Source: Nitrosopumilus sp.
Lineage (GTDB): Archaea; Thermoproteota; Nitrososphaeria; Nitrososphaerales; Nitrosopumilaceae
DNA length: 64,000 bases
Assembly (NCBI GenBank): GCA_963667665.2
Contig: OY763927.2
Span: 512,001-576,000, forward strand
Reading direction: 5' to 3'
A program made the translations under genes and the position numbers. Position 1 is the stretch's first letter; every line of letters starts with the position of its first letter. The notes beneath the pieces were generated by a model. That model made no database searches. It was not told the DNA's origin and was given only the letters and a program-made list of their open reading frames with translations. This document shows, one piece after another, positions 1-11,300 of this stretch.

Positions 1-774
1 CCTGTTCCAATTGTATTGACAAGAATCAAAACAGATTACAAACATACTGGATTTTTAGACAGAGATGCTATTGATATGATATGCAAATATCTTGATCATA
101 GAAAGAAAAAAACAGGGTCAGATATGAGCAATGGGGATGCATTGTTCTTAAATAAAATGAATAAACCTGTATCCCGTTCATGGGTTTTTTGTAAGTTTCG
201 TAACATGGCAGAAAGAGCAGGAATTCAAAAAGTGATAGGCCAAAATATCCGTAAACAATACAAGATGGACTCGCATGAATTACGTGATTTATTAAAATCT
301 ACACTGATTGATTCTGGATGCAGAATAGATGTTGCAGATCATGTCATTGGGCATAAGCCAAAAGATTCCTATGAAAAACAGGCAAAACTATACCCTGAAA
401 CTTTGAGAAAGGAATACTCTAAAGCCTCAAAAAGACTCAACATATTTACAAAATTCACAAGTGTAGTTAATGGAACAGATGATGCAGATGATTTGAGGAT
501 ATCCCTCAAAGACAAACTAGATGAATTAGAAAAAATAAAACAAAGAAGCTTGGATGATGAAGCAGAAAAGATAAAAAATGACAAAATGGCTGAACAAAAT
601 GCAAGGCAAATGTCTCAAATGATGGATATGATAAATGAACTAAAAACTCAGATAAACTCTACAAAAAACAACAAATCAGATGAGTTGGAATTTTGCTGTA
701 TCAAATGCAGTACTATTCACAAGAATCAAAAATGTCCTGTATGTGATTCCAAACTAAAGAGAATTTATGAATAG
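1..774 (+). CDS. Tyrosine recombinase/integrase, C-terminal part (5' truncated by the window), with a coiled coil and C-terminal Zn ribbon
   Basis: HELR (HxxR) motif, VIGH and DSYEK (catalytic H and Y); tail CCIKC...CPVC; frame is open from base 1. Confidence 0.85.
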   Translation, partial: PVPIVLTRIKTDYKHTGFLDRDAIDMICKYLDHRKKKTGSDMSNGDALFLNKMNKPVSRSWVFCKFRNMAERAGIQKVIGQNIRKQYKMDSHELRDLLKSTLIDSGCRIDVADHVIGHKPKDSYEKQAKLYPETLRKEYSKASKRLNIFTKFTSVVNGTDDADDLRISLKDKLDELEKIKQRSLDDEAEKIKNDKMAEQNARQMSQMMDMINELKTQINSTKNNKSDELEFCCIKCSTIHKNQKCPVCDSKLKRIYE

Positions 775-1424
775 AATCAAAACCTCACACAGTTGATACA
801 AACTCAGAACTTTATATAATAAAAATTTACAATAAACCATTAAATTTATGAAAAAAACTCAAAAAAAAAAACAGATTATAATTATTATTTGAAATATTAA
901 AAAATATTGTAAATTAAACACGGATCAGTTTTTATGGATCAATACCGTACTATACATCATGATAACCGTACTTTTTTCAATTGAGGAATTTTTGACTCTG
1001 TTTTAAAAAGATGATCGCATCTTTAAATATAATTTTCATATGGAAATTTTGGCTTTTAATCAAAATGTTCCATTATAGAACTAGTAATGTCTGAAGGGCC
1101 TCGAATACAAATTGCGAAATATGACTCGAAAAGAGGGTTAATCCTCCAAGACCACATCAGACAGTATTGTTATGACACGGTGTGTTATAATTTATGCCAA
1201 TAGCCTGCCAATAGATTTTCAGTTCGTCTTTTATACTAGTATTTCATAATTCAAGATGCGAAATATGAAATTTGAAAAGTGGGGTGTAACACCTGTCAAG
1301 TAAAGGAGATACTGGAATCTCAGGATGGATTAATCAGAATTCAAACCTAATTATTGATAAAATAATTTCTGAGCATCCTGTAGTTTCTTTTCTCAAAGAA
1401 GAAGGATATCCTACCAACAAAAAC

Positions 1425-1685
1425 ATGTTTACCAAATGTGAAATAATCTCATTTTTTGAAGATCCAACAACAATTAGTCCGGAAATTTTCCGCAGAACAA
1501 GAAACGGTGTATCTACTGATAAACTACTAACGGAAATTATTCGTTTGAATTTACCAAAAATAAAACTAGAACTAAAAAACGAGAAAGACAACAAACCAAC
1601 AACTGCATCTGCACAGTTTACTCTACAAACCATAAAAATTATTGATAAAATAATGTCATCTTCAAAGTTCAAAAATAGTTTATAA
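1425..1685 (+). CDS. Hypothetical protein, first gene of a virus-like operon
   Basis: 86 aa ORF, co-oriented with tightly packed downstream ORFs. Confidence 0.5.
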   Translation: MFTKCEIISFFEDPTTISPEIFRRTRNGVSTDKLLTEIIRLNLPKIKLELKNEKDNKPTTASAQFTLQTIKIIDKIMSSSKFKNSL

Positions 1686-1703
1686 TTATCTGAGGAAGGA
1701 ATT

Positions 1704-1892
1704 TTGACAGACAATCAAAAAACGCCAATTACAATGGCGCATCTTATACGTGCAGCCATATGTAGCATTCTAAATAGATTAAATTTTCTAAAAGAAAATC
1801 CTTCCATATATGAGAGAGCAACAACACTACAGTCTTGTGAAAATATTCTAGAAAAAATTTACAAAGAAAAATATATGGGTTCTAAAAAATGA
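1704..1892 (+). CDS. Small hypothetical protein
   Basis: 62 aa ORF preceded by GAGGAAGG; overlaps the next start (ATGA). Confidence 0.55.
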   Translation: MTDNQKTPITMAHLIRAAICSILNRLNFLKENPSIYERATTLQSCENILEKIYKEKYMGSKK

Positions 1893-2158
1893 GCGTTTCA
1901 CAATCGCAACAAACAACCCAGTGTTGCCAAAACAAAAAGGCATACACCATAACATACTCTCAAAAAGACACAGATGACACAATCACATCTGTTTGCATTA
2001 CTTGTTTTAATTTAGAGTTAAAATCAAAAAATTATCCAGACACTCTAATCAAACCTTATCAGAGAAATACCATCAAAATAATCTGCAACTCTTGCAGTAA
2101 CGATGTAACAACATCCGTTGGATGTGATGTATGTGATCCAAAAGGAGGATTATCATAA
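1889..2158 (+). CDS. Cys-rich Zn-binding protein, paralog 1
   Basis: CC...CxxC...CxxC...GCxxC pattern shared with the next ORF. Confidence 0.7.
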   Translation: MSVSQSQQTTQCCQNKKAYTITYSQKDTDDTITSVCITCFNLELKSKNYPDTLIKPYQRNTIKIICNSCSNDVTTSVGCDVCDPKGGLS

Positions 2159-2448
2159 TGAGCCAAACAATTCAAAACAATTCTTTTGATGGAGAACATT
2201 GCTGCGATACAACAAATCCTGATTACTACATTACATACAAAATAAATGATACAATCAGAACAAACGTCATCTGCAAAAATTGTATTACATCACAGGTAGT
2301 CTTTGATGACAAATATGGAAAACTATTCATCTTACAGATAAACATCAAAAAAATAATCTGTATTCATTGCGGGAATGAAGTAACAAAATCCAAAGGATGT
2401 ACTAAATGCAAGACAGTTTTTGTAGAGGGGAAAAACAATGAAACATAA
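2158..2448 (+). CDS. Cys-rich Zn-binding protein, paralog 2
   Basis: CC...YxITY...VICxxC...IKKIICxxCxNEVT...GCxxC; TAATG coupling. Confidence 0.7.
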   Translation: MSQTIQNNSFDGEHCCDTTNPDYYITYKINDTIRTNVICKNCITSQVVFDDKYGKLFILQINIKKIICIHCGNEVTKSKGCTKCKTVFVEGKNNET

Positions 2449-2536
2449 TTGCAAGTTTAATGGTAACAAGTTTGGTCATGTTCGCGGCCGACAGGTCGCA
2501 TGCATGTGGTGTGGATTCGTGGAAGTTGATAAATAA
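2438..2536 (+). CDS. 32-aa micro-ORF MKHNCKFNGNKFGHVRGRQVACMWCGFVEVDK, putative Zn finger
   Basis: Fills the gap between flanking genes; GAGGGG upstream; stop overlaps the next ATG (TAATG); HxC...CxxC. Confidence 0.55.
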   Translation: MKHNCKFNGNKFGHVRGRQVACMWCGFVEVDK

Positions 2537-3252
2537 TGAGTAACAACACCAGTGTAATTCCATCTGAATTTCAAATCATGGACGAAGCTGATAATGCACA
2601 AATTCTCAAAGCAGAATCATACATTAAGCAGGCTTTGGCATATGACGTCAGGGGCAAAAAACAGCTCTCATACATGGGAATAAAATGGCTAGTCCTCAAA
2701 ATGTCACAAAAAGAGCAACCATTAGAGATTCTAGACATGCCATTAATCGAACTCTCCATGATTGACCTGGAGGATAAATCCACATGGATATGGTATTGTA
2801 CTATAAAGGCAAGGAATCAAAAAACAGGTCTAGTAACAGTTGGAGCTTCTGAATCTCCGTGGTTATCTGGAGGAAAATATGACACTTTTGGCAGAACCAA
2901 AGCCATCAGCAAAGCAGAAAGAAACGCATACAGAAAACAGATTCCTGAAATTGAAATAAATGCAATGTTAGAATCAATATCTCCAGAAGATATAGAGTCA
3001 TTACCATCTAGTTCAACTGGTTTGCCAAACAAACCATCACGAAAACAACTAGACTATCTCAAAAATCTAGGATACACAGGAATTACACCAAAAACATCAT
3101 TTGATGCATCTAGTTTAATTGAAAAATTAAAGAACAATTCCCAAGAATCAGATTCTGAGAAATACTGCTCTTGTGTTTCACCAATTCCTAATAGTATCAC
3201 TAACGGCAAGACATGTCAAACATGCAAGAAACTATTGGATGAAAAGCCATGA
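2536..3252 (+). CDS. Putative Rad52/Sak-like single-strand annealing protein with a C-terminal helical module and Zn ribbon
   Basis: Beta-rich core followed by KAISKAERNAYRKQI helix; PSRKQLDYLKNLG...ASSLIEKL tail of the kind seen in phage annealing proteins. Confidence 0.55.
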   Translation: MSNNTSVIPSEFQIMDEADNAQILKAESYIKQALAYDVRGKKQLSYMGIKWLVLKMSQKEQPLEILDMPLIELSMIDLEDKSTWIWYCTIKARNQKTGLVTVGASESPWLSGGKYDTFGRTKAISKAERNAYRKQIPEIEINAMLESISPEDIESLPSSSTGLPNKPSRKQLDYLKNLGYTGITPKTSFDASSLIEKLKNNSQESDSEKYCSCVSPIPNSITNGKTCQTCKKLLDEKP

Positions 3253-3716
3253 CTTGGATTGCTAGAAAAATAAAGTATCACATTTTGGATACACATTACT
3301 ATTTAGGATTAACAAGTCTTTGCGGTACCACACATCTTGATGAAAAACAAAACATCTCATATGAACCTAGGATATTACATAGTGCTAGTTATTGCAAAAT
3401 ATGTCAAGACATGCTAAAAACAAAAAACATTCACAAGAAAATAAAACTGCAAGAGGCAAAACTAAAACTCTGTCAAGACAGACTGAAAAGAAATCTAAAA
3501 ACTGACATCAAACTACAAGATATGGTGTTAAGATATCTAAAACATCCAGACACAAAGACGCCAGTAAACATATCAGAGATGAAAAAAATATTCCAAGATG
3601 ATTGTCTTGTAGAAATTTTTGAAGATGTCTTGGTTCCATTAGTTATATCACAGAAAATTTCAATTTTTGAAGATGGGATAACCCCATGTTTTATGGAGGA
3701 ACAATATGTCAAGTAA
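3249..3716 (+). CDS. Hypothetical protein with N-terminal H...SLCG...CxxC Zn site
   Basis: 155 aa ORF overlapping both neighbours. Confidence 0.6.
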   Translation: MTWIARKIKYHILDTHYYLGLTSLCGTTHLDEKQNISYEPRILHSASYCKICQDMLKTKNIHKKIKLQEAKLKLCQDRLKRNLKTDIKLQDMVLRYLKHPDTKTPVNISEMKKIFQDDCLVEIFEDVLVPLVISQKISIFEDGITPCFMEEQYVK

Positions 3717-4233
3717 GATTATGATCAACTGTATATCTGAATTACCTCCTGCAAAGAGTAATGGTACAGATACACAGTTGATGCATGGTCTGAGGGGAGA
3801 CCATGATATTTCTAACATATTATCAAATATTAAAAATTTCACTAATCGCTTCATACAGTGCCGTCAAAATACTGTTGTATCCCTGATGGGGAGCATCCAG
3901 CACTGTATCTTTTGGAATAAAACTGGCAGGATTTTGTACACACCTGTGGACGATAGACCGTGCAGTCAAGGAATCATACATGCCAAAAAGAATGAGAGAA
4001 ATATTCATGAATATCTGACAAAACTCAGAAAAAGTGAAGAAAACCTCCAATGTTCTAAACAGCACACTATGATAGAAGCTGACATGAGAAATAATTGCAA
4101 TAACTTCAATAACGCAAAAAAACGTAAACGACTATTACGTGTGGAAAGGCAAACTATTTTTTTTACAATTTCGGAATTATGTAATTGCTTCTTTCATCCA
4201 TGCCGAGAAATTTTTTATAAATTAACAAAATGA
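3706..4233 (+). CDS. Hypothetical protein
   Basis: 175 aa ORF in the operon. Confidence 0.55.
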   Translation: MSSKIMINCISELPPAKSNGTDTQLMHGLRGDHDISNILSNIKNFTNRFIQCRQNTVVSLMGSIQHCIFWNKTGRILYTPVDDRPCSQGIIHAKKNERNIHEYLTKLRKSEENLQCSKQHTMIEADMRNNCNNFNNAKKRKRLLRVERQTIFFTISELCNCFFHPCREIFYKLTK

Positions 4234-4415
4234 TCAAAAACATATGGAAAAAACATTACTGCTTACCTCAAGTTATGTTAATTATAGTTCTCATGATAAC
4301 CATTGCATCTATTTTACATGTTGTCAGTTTGAATGTAATTCATGAACAGGATATCATAGAGGATATTATCATAAACAATGATGATATAAAACAACTTTTT
4401 GAAACACTGATTTGA
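4230..4415 (+). CDS. Small single-TM membrane protein
   Basis: Hydrophobic stretch VMLIIVLMITIASILHVV; T-tract follows. Confidence 0.55.
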   Translation: MIKNIWKKHYCLPQVMLIIVLMITIASILHVVSLNVIHEQDIIEDIIINNDDIKQLFETLI

Positions 4416-4418
4416 TAA

Positions 4419-4436
4419 ACTTTTTTTGTTTTTTTT
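4419..4436 (+). terminator. Oligo-T archaeal-type terminator
   Basis: Two T-runs right after the last gene of the operon. Confidence 0.5.
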
Positions 4437-4534
4437 ACAAAAATACATTATCACCTAGCTAATATTGCCACATATGAAAATCTTCTTTGCAGGGGGCTTT
4501 TGTTGGCCTTTTATAGTAATGGAGTATTGATTAT

Positions 4535-4780
4535 ATGACAACATACTACAAGGTGCTACGCTCCGTGACACCTGCCGATCTCGATACGCGTCCAAGGTTC
4601 GTCGAGGTATTAAAGCTGATCCCATCGCAGGGACATGTGACCTCTGAACTGTTCAGACATCTTGGAAAAAGCCGTGCAAGCAAGGGCATAACGCATGCAT
4701 GCTCACGCGGAATCCTCAAGAGAATCTCGCCGCACGATCAAATATTGGGACTGAATTCCGTAAAATTCTGGCTCACCTAG
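4535..4780 (+). CDS. Small basic protein, possibly wHTH-like
   Basis: 81 aa ORF with TTTATA about 25 bp upstream of the ATG. Confidence 0.45.
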   Translation: MTTYYKVLRSVTPADLDTRPRFVEVLKLIPSQGHVTSELFRHLGKSRASKGITHACSRGILKRISPHDQILGLNSVKFWLT

Positions 4781-5089
4781 CTCAACGAGTCGGGCCACAA
4801 AAACAGCATATCCAAAAACGGTACCAAGTCACTGTATCTGCAGGGCCTCTCAAAGTTCGATGCGGTCTGCCAGCCATTTGATGCCACTTCCATTTCTGCC
4901 TTTGCCACATCCACACAAAACCTGCAAACCATCCAAGATCTGTGCAAATCCTGTCATCCAGGCGGTCTTTGGGTCCATTCACTGTGATTTTTTTGGCAGA
5001 TTCCATGACACTTTTTATTTGACATCTGATGCTGCATATTTTAAAAGAACTGCCAAATATTTCCAGATTTGCGTCATGCGGCCTGATCG

Positions 5090-5230
5090 GTACAGTGTAA
5101 ACGATCATTTATGGTACGATTAAACTTGGACAGAACTAATTTCTGTACAATAGATGACTAGTACAGTGTAAAATAATCCTTTATGGTACAATTAAACTTG
5201 GACAGAACTAATTTCCGTACAACAGAACTA
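5090..5230. repeat. Imperfect 71-bp tandem duplication upstream of the giant gene
   Basis: gtacagtgtaa...tttatggtac.attaaacttggacagaactaatttc.gtacaa starts at both 5090 and 5161. Confidence 0.85.
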
Positions 5231-5350
5231 TAAAGGCAGATATAAATACTTAATGGTATAAATAAGGACAGTGACCTTTAATTACAATTTTAGTGCCCCT
5301 TTTCGATATTTGTCCAGCGATTTGTCCCGCACCGCCGACAGGTACCATCC

Positions 5351-8300
5351 GTGAAGATATTCCTGCTGGTAGCCGTATTTGCCGTGTCGCTCATGGTGAT
5401 TGGGGTGGGGGACGCAGAGGTGCAACACACAGTCAAGCCGGGACAAATAGTTGCATCAGACCCCGCACCGTACCATCTGACCGGTAACACTTGGTCAATT
5501 CCGGACTTGTCTGCGTCACAGTCAGGATACGCGTTTGCGCAGACCCCAGACAGCACGCCCCCGACCTTTGTTTCATCCGAACTTGACACTGCGACAAGGG
5601 TGCTAACGATAACCTTTTCAGAAACAATTGATGCAACAAACGTAGATGCGGCCAAGATACACATAAGGGAGTCAGGCACCTACACGGGCGGCATAACCCT
5701 GACTGCAAACGAGCTTGTCACAACCACAAATGCCAGTACCATATCGTTTACCCTGACTATGCCACATTTAGAAACAGTCAAGGGACTGACCACGCCGGAA
5801 CTGACAGTCGAGCCCGGGGCGGTACGGGACACGTCTGGCAATCTCATCGTCGGTACCTTTGATGTCTCCACTGCCTCTTATGCCGGTAATGGTGAAAGAT
5901 TCTCCGTTTCAGGACAGGAAAACTCACCACAAGGCATGGCATTTTCAAATGACGGCGCCAAGATGTTCGTAGTAGGCTGGTTCGGCGAGGACATAAGCGA
6001 GTACACCCTGTCCACCCCCTTTGATGTCTCCACCGCCTCTTATGCCGGTAATGGTGAAAGATTCTCCGTCTCAGAACAGGACCCAGCACCACGAGGCATG
6101 GCATTTTCAAATGACGGCGCCAAGATGTTCATAGTAGGTGATCATGGAAATGACATAAGCGAATACACCCTGTCCACCCCCTTTGATGTCTCCACTGCCA
6201 CCTTTGCTAATGTCGTCTTCTCCGTCTCAGGACAGGACGAAACCCCAACAGGCATGGCGTTTTCAAATGACGGCACCAAGATGTTCGTAGTAGGCTGGGA
6301 CGCAGATAACATAAACGAATACACCCTGTCCACCCCCTTTGATGTCTCCACTGCCACCTTTGATGATGTCGTCTTCTCCGTCTCGATGCAGGAAACAACC
6401 CCAACAGGCATGGCGTTTTCAAACGACGGCGCCAAGATGTTCGTAGTAGGTACTGTGGGAGATGACATAAACGAGTACACCCTGTCCACCCCCTTTGATG
6501 TCTCCACCGCCTCTTATGCCGGTAATGGTGAAAGATTCTCCGTCTCAGGACAGGAAAGAACCCCAACAGGCATGGCATTTTCAAACAACGGCGCCAAGAT
6601 GTTCGTAATAGGTACTGTGGGAGATGACATAAACGAGTACACGCTAAGCTCCGTCTATCCCATCACGGTAACCAGCCCGCCTGCCGGGGCCTTTGTCACC
6701 ACCTGGAGGACGACTACTGCAGACAAGTCGATAACCCTCCCGATATCAGGATCCGGCATGACTGTCGACTGGGGCGACGGCAACACCACCGCCTCGGGAT
6801 CAGTCAACCACATCTACAATACTGCAGGCGACTATACTATCCAGGTAACCGGCGGCCTGGAAAGGTTCCACCTGAACAATGCCGCCGACGCGTCCAAACT
6901 GGTCTCGCTGGATCAGTGGGGGAACACCACATGGACCACCATGGAGAACGCCTTTTATGGTGCCGACAACATGGTCTACATGGCAACCGACACCCCCGAC
7001 CTCTCCGAAGTGACCAACATGAGGGAGATGTTCAACGAGGCCTCCAACTTCAACGGCAACCTCTCCACCTGGAACGTCTCAAAGGTAACTGACATGAGCT
7101 ACATGTTCGCTGACGCCACCTCCTTCAATGGCACCCTCTCTGGCTGGGACGTCTCGTCGGTCACCGTCATATACAACATGTTCGAGGGAGCCACCTCCTT
7201 CAACCAGGACATCTCCGGATGGAACGTCTCGGGCGTCACCGACATGGACGACATGTTTAAAGGCGCCACCTCCTTCAATGGCACCCTCTCTGGCTGGGAC
7301 GTCTCGGGCGTCACCGACATGGACGAAATGTTTAAAGGCGCCACCTCCTTCAATGGCACCCTCTCTGGCTGGGACGTCTCGTCGGTCACCGTCATATACA
7401 GCATGTTCGAGGGAGCCACCTCCTTCAACCAGGACATCTCTGGCTGGGACGTCTCGTCGGTCACCGTCATACACAGCATGTTCGAGGGAGCCACCTCCTT
7501 CAACCAGGACATCTCCGGATGGGACGTCTCGGGCGTCACCGACATGTACGACATGTTTAAAGGCGCCACCTCCTTCAACCAGGACATCTCCGGATGGGAC
7601 GTCTCAAGTGCCAACAGCATGGAATCCATGTTCTTCGGCGCCTCCTCCTTCAACCAGAACCTGGGCAACTGGTTCATCGTGCTGGATTCCAACACCTTCG
7701 CCGCCGACGTCGACATGCTGCACATATCCACGCAGAATGATTACCTAGACCAGGCCAAGCCCTCCTACACCATCGGCGACACCCAGTTCGTCATAGACCT
7801 GGACCCGGTCATCACCCTGAACTCCTCGGCGACGGTTCCTGATGGTTCCTACCAAGTGACCATCACCGTGGACATGCTCGACTTCGGCCCCGCGACCCAC
7901 TCCCTGAATACGGAGATCCACGTCCAGGTAAACACTCCCCCGACCGCCTTTGTCACCACCTGGAGGACGACTGCTACAGACAAGTCGATAACCCTCCCGA
8001 TATCAGGATCTGACATGACCGTCTACTGGGGCGACGGCAACACCGCCACCGGCGTCTCGGCACCCGTCGATCACACCTACAATACTGCAGGCGACTATAC
8101 TATCCAGGTAACCGGCGGCCTGGAAAGGTTCCACCTGAACAACGACGCCGACGCGTCCAAACTGGTCTCGCTGGATCAGTGGGGCAACACCACATGGACC
8201 ACCATGGAGAACGCCTTTTATGGTGCCAACAACATGGTCTACAACGCAGCCGACTCTCCAGACCTCTCCACAGTCACCGACATGTCCGGCATGTTCGGAG

Positions 8301-11300
8301 ACGCCTCTTCCTTCAACGGCAACATCTCCGGCTGGGATGTCTCAAAGGTGACTGACATGTCCGACATGTTCATCTTCGCCTACGACTTCAACCAGCCCCT
8401 CAACTCCTGGAACGTCTCGTCCGTGAAGAATATGGGCTGGATGTTCAACAGCGCCACCTCCTTCAACCAGACCCTCAACTCATGGGACGTCTCCTCTGTC
8501 GACAACATGGTTCGCATGTTCCGCGGCGCCGACTCCTTCAACCAGCCCCTCAACAACTGGGACGTCTCGAAGGTGACCAGCATGGTCAGCATGTTCTTCG
8601 GTACCTCCTCCTTCAACCAGAACCTCGGGAACTGGTACGTGACGCTGGATCCGGACACCATAGCAGGCACTGGCATACCAGGTGTGGTCGGGACTATATC
8701 GGCACAGAACCAACCGCTCAAAAACCACTCCCCGACATACGTAATTGTAGACGGCTTGGACAAGAACCACTTTGAGATAGCCACTGGAAATCAACTCAAC
8801 ATGACATCCGGCGTCTCTGGAAAGGCCGAGTACAGCGTCAACGTGACTGCCTCCGGCGGGAGTGTCTTTGAGTCCGGTAACAATTGGAGACTGCTGGAGA
8901 TTAAAGTTACAGATCAAACAACTGATACCACACTCCTGGCAGATGCGTTTGTGACCACGTGGAAGACGGCATCGGCAGACCAGAGCATCACCATCAACTT
9001 TGTGGGAGACGACATGAACATCTCCTGGGGCGACGGCGCAACTGAGACGAACCTCTCGGGATCCCAGACCCACACCTACACAGAGGCAGGCAATCACACG
9101 GTCTCTGTGACCGGCGGCCTGACAGGACTCACACTGGACAGGCCTGATTCCTCTGGCTTACCCGGCCCCGTACCCGAGCTTGCCTCGATAGACCAGTGGG
9201 GCGGCATATCCTGGACCAACATGAGTAACGCCTTTACCGGGGCCTCCAACATGACCTACATGGCCACTGACACGCCAGATCTGAGTCTTGTCACCGACAT
9301 GTCCGACATGTTCCGGAGCGCCTACGACTTCAACGGCGACCTCTCCTCATGGGACGTCTCGTCTGTCACCGACATGAGCCGCATGTTCCGTGGCGCCACC
9401 TCCTTCAACGGCGACCTCTCCTCATGGGACGTCTCGTCTGTCACCGACATGTCCAGCATGTTCCGTGGCGCCACCTCCTTCAACGGCGACCTCTCCTCCT
9501 GGGACGTCTCGAAGGTGACCAGCATGGCCACCATGTTCTTCGGTACCTCCTCCTTCAACCAGCCCCTCAACGCCTGGGACGTCTCCTCTGTCACCGCCAT
9601 GGACGACATGTTCGGAAACGCCACCGTCTTTGACCAACCCCTCAACGCCTGGGATGTCTCGTCTGTCACCGACATGACATTCATGTTCTTAGGCGCCTCC
9701 TCCTTCAACCAGCCTCTCAACAACTGGGACGTCTCAAGTGTGACCGACATGAGAAGCATGTTCGCCGGCGCCTCCTCCTTCAACCAGCCCCTCAACTCTT
9801 GGAACGTCTCGTCCGTGACCACCATGTTCCGCATGTTCGCAGGCGCCAGCTCCTTCAACCAGACCCTCGGGAACTGGTACGTGGTGCAGGACCCTCCCGT
9901 CCTGACTGCCAATGCGACGTTTTCCATCAGGGCGCAGAACAGTTACCTGGACGGCCTTGTGTCCACATACTCTATAGATGACACCAGGTTTGTCATGGAC
10001 GACAAGACACTCTCGCTTAACTCTACAAACCTGCCACCTGCAGGCATGTATCCACTGGACATAACTGCTCCTGCCGTACTGGGCGAGCCCAACGCAGACA
10101 CCCACACACGAACCATTACCATCACCGTAAGTGATCCCCCCGCCATGCCGTTTATCACCACATGGAGGACCGACTCTGCCAACCAGACGATCACCATCCC
10201 TGTGGGCGGCTCTACTGCCAGATACAGCATAGACTGGGGCGATAACAGCCCCGCCGAGACGGACATCACTGGTAACAGTACACACACCTATCGTGAGGCG
10301 GACAGCTACACCGTCTCCATATCAGGCGGCCTTGAGAGGATTTACCTTAACGGTCAGCAACCCAACGCAGGCAGGCTGGCATCAATCGAGCAGTGGGGCG
10401 ACACGAGATGGACCACCATGGACAGAGCGTTTGACGGGGCGACCAATATGGTGTACCGCGCAACCGACACGCCGGATCTGTCGGGAGTGACTGACATGGA
10501 CAGCATGTTCTTCGAAACCCACAGCTTCAACGGCGACCTCTCCTCCTGGGACGTCTCGAAGGTGACTGACATGTCCGACATGTTCATCTTCGCCACCTCC
10601 TTCAACGGCAACCTCTCCTCATGGGACGTCTCGGCAGTGACTGACATGTCCAGCATGTTCGATGGCGCCACCTCCTTTGACCAACCCCTCAACGCCTGGG
10701 ATGTATCCTCTGTCACCGCCATGTCCTACATGTTCGCAGGCGCCACCTCCTTCAACCAACCCCTCAACGCCTGGAACGTCTCCTCGGTCACCGACATGTT
10801 CGGCATGTTCAGCGCCGCCTCCTCCTTCAACCAGACCCTCAACTCTTGGGACGTCTCGTCCGTGACCGACATGACCGGCATGTTCCGCGGCGCCTCTTCC
10901 TTCAACGGCAACATCTCCGGCTGGGACGTCTCCTCTGTCACCAACATGAACGGGATGTTCCGGAGCGCCACCTCCTTCAACCAGCCCCTCAACTCTTGGA
11001 ACGTCTCGTCCGTGAACAGCATGAATGGCATGTTCGAAACCACATACTTCAACCAGACCCTCAACTCATGGGACGTCTCGTCCGTGAACGACATGTTCCG
11101 CATGTTCAATGAAGCCTTCTCCTTCAACCAGCCCCTCAACTCCTGGAACGTCTCGTCCGTGAAGAATATGGGTTGGATGTTCAACGACGCCACCTCCTTC
11201 AACCAGCCCCTCAACTCCTGGGATGTCTCGTCCGTGACCGACATGGCTCGCATGTTCAACAGCGCCACCTCCTTCAACCAGCCCCTCAATTCTTGGGACG

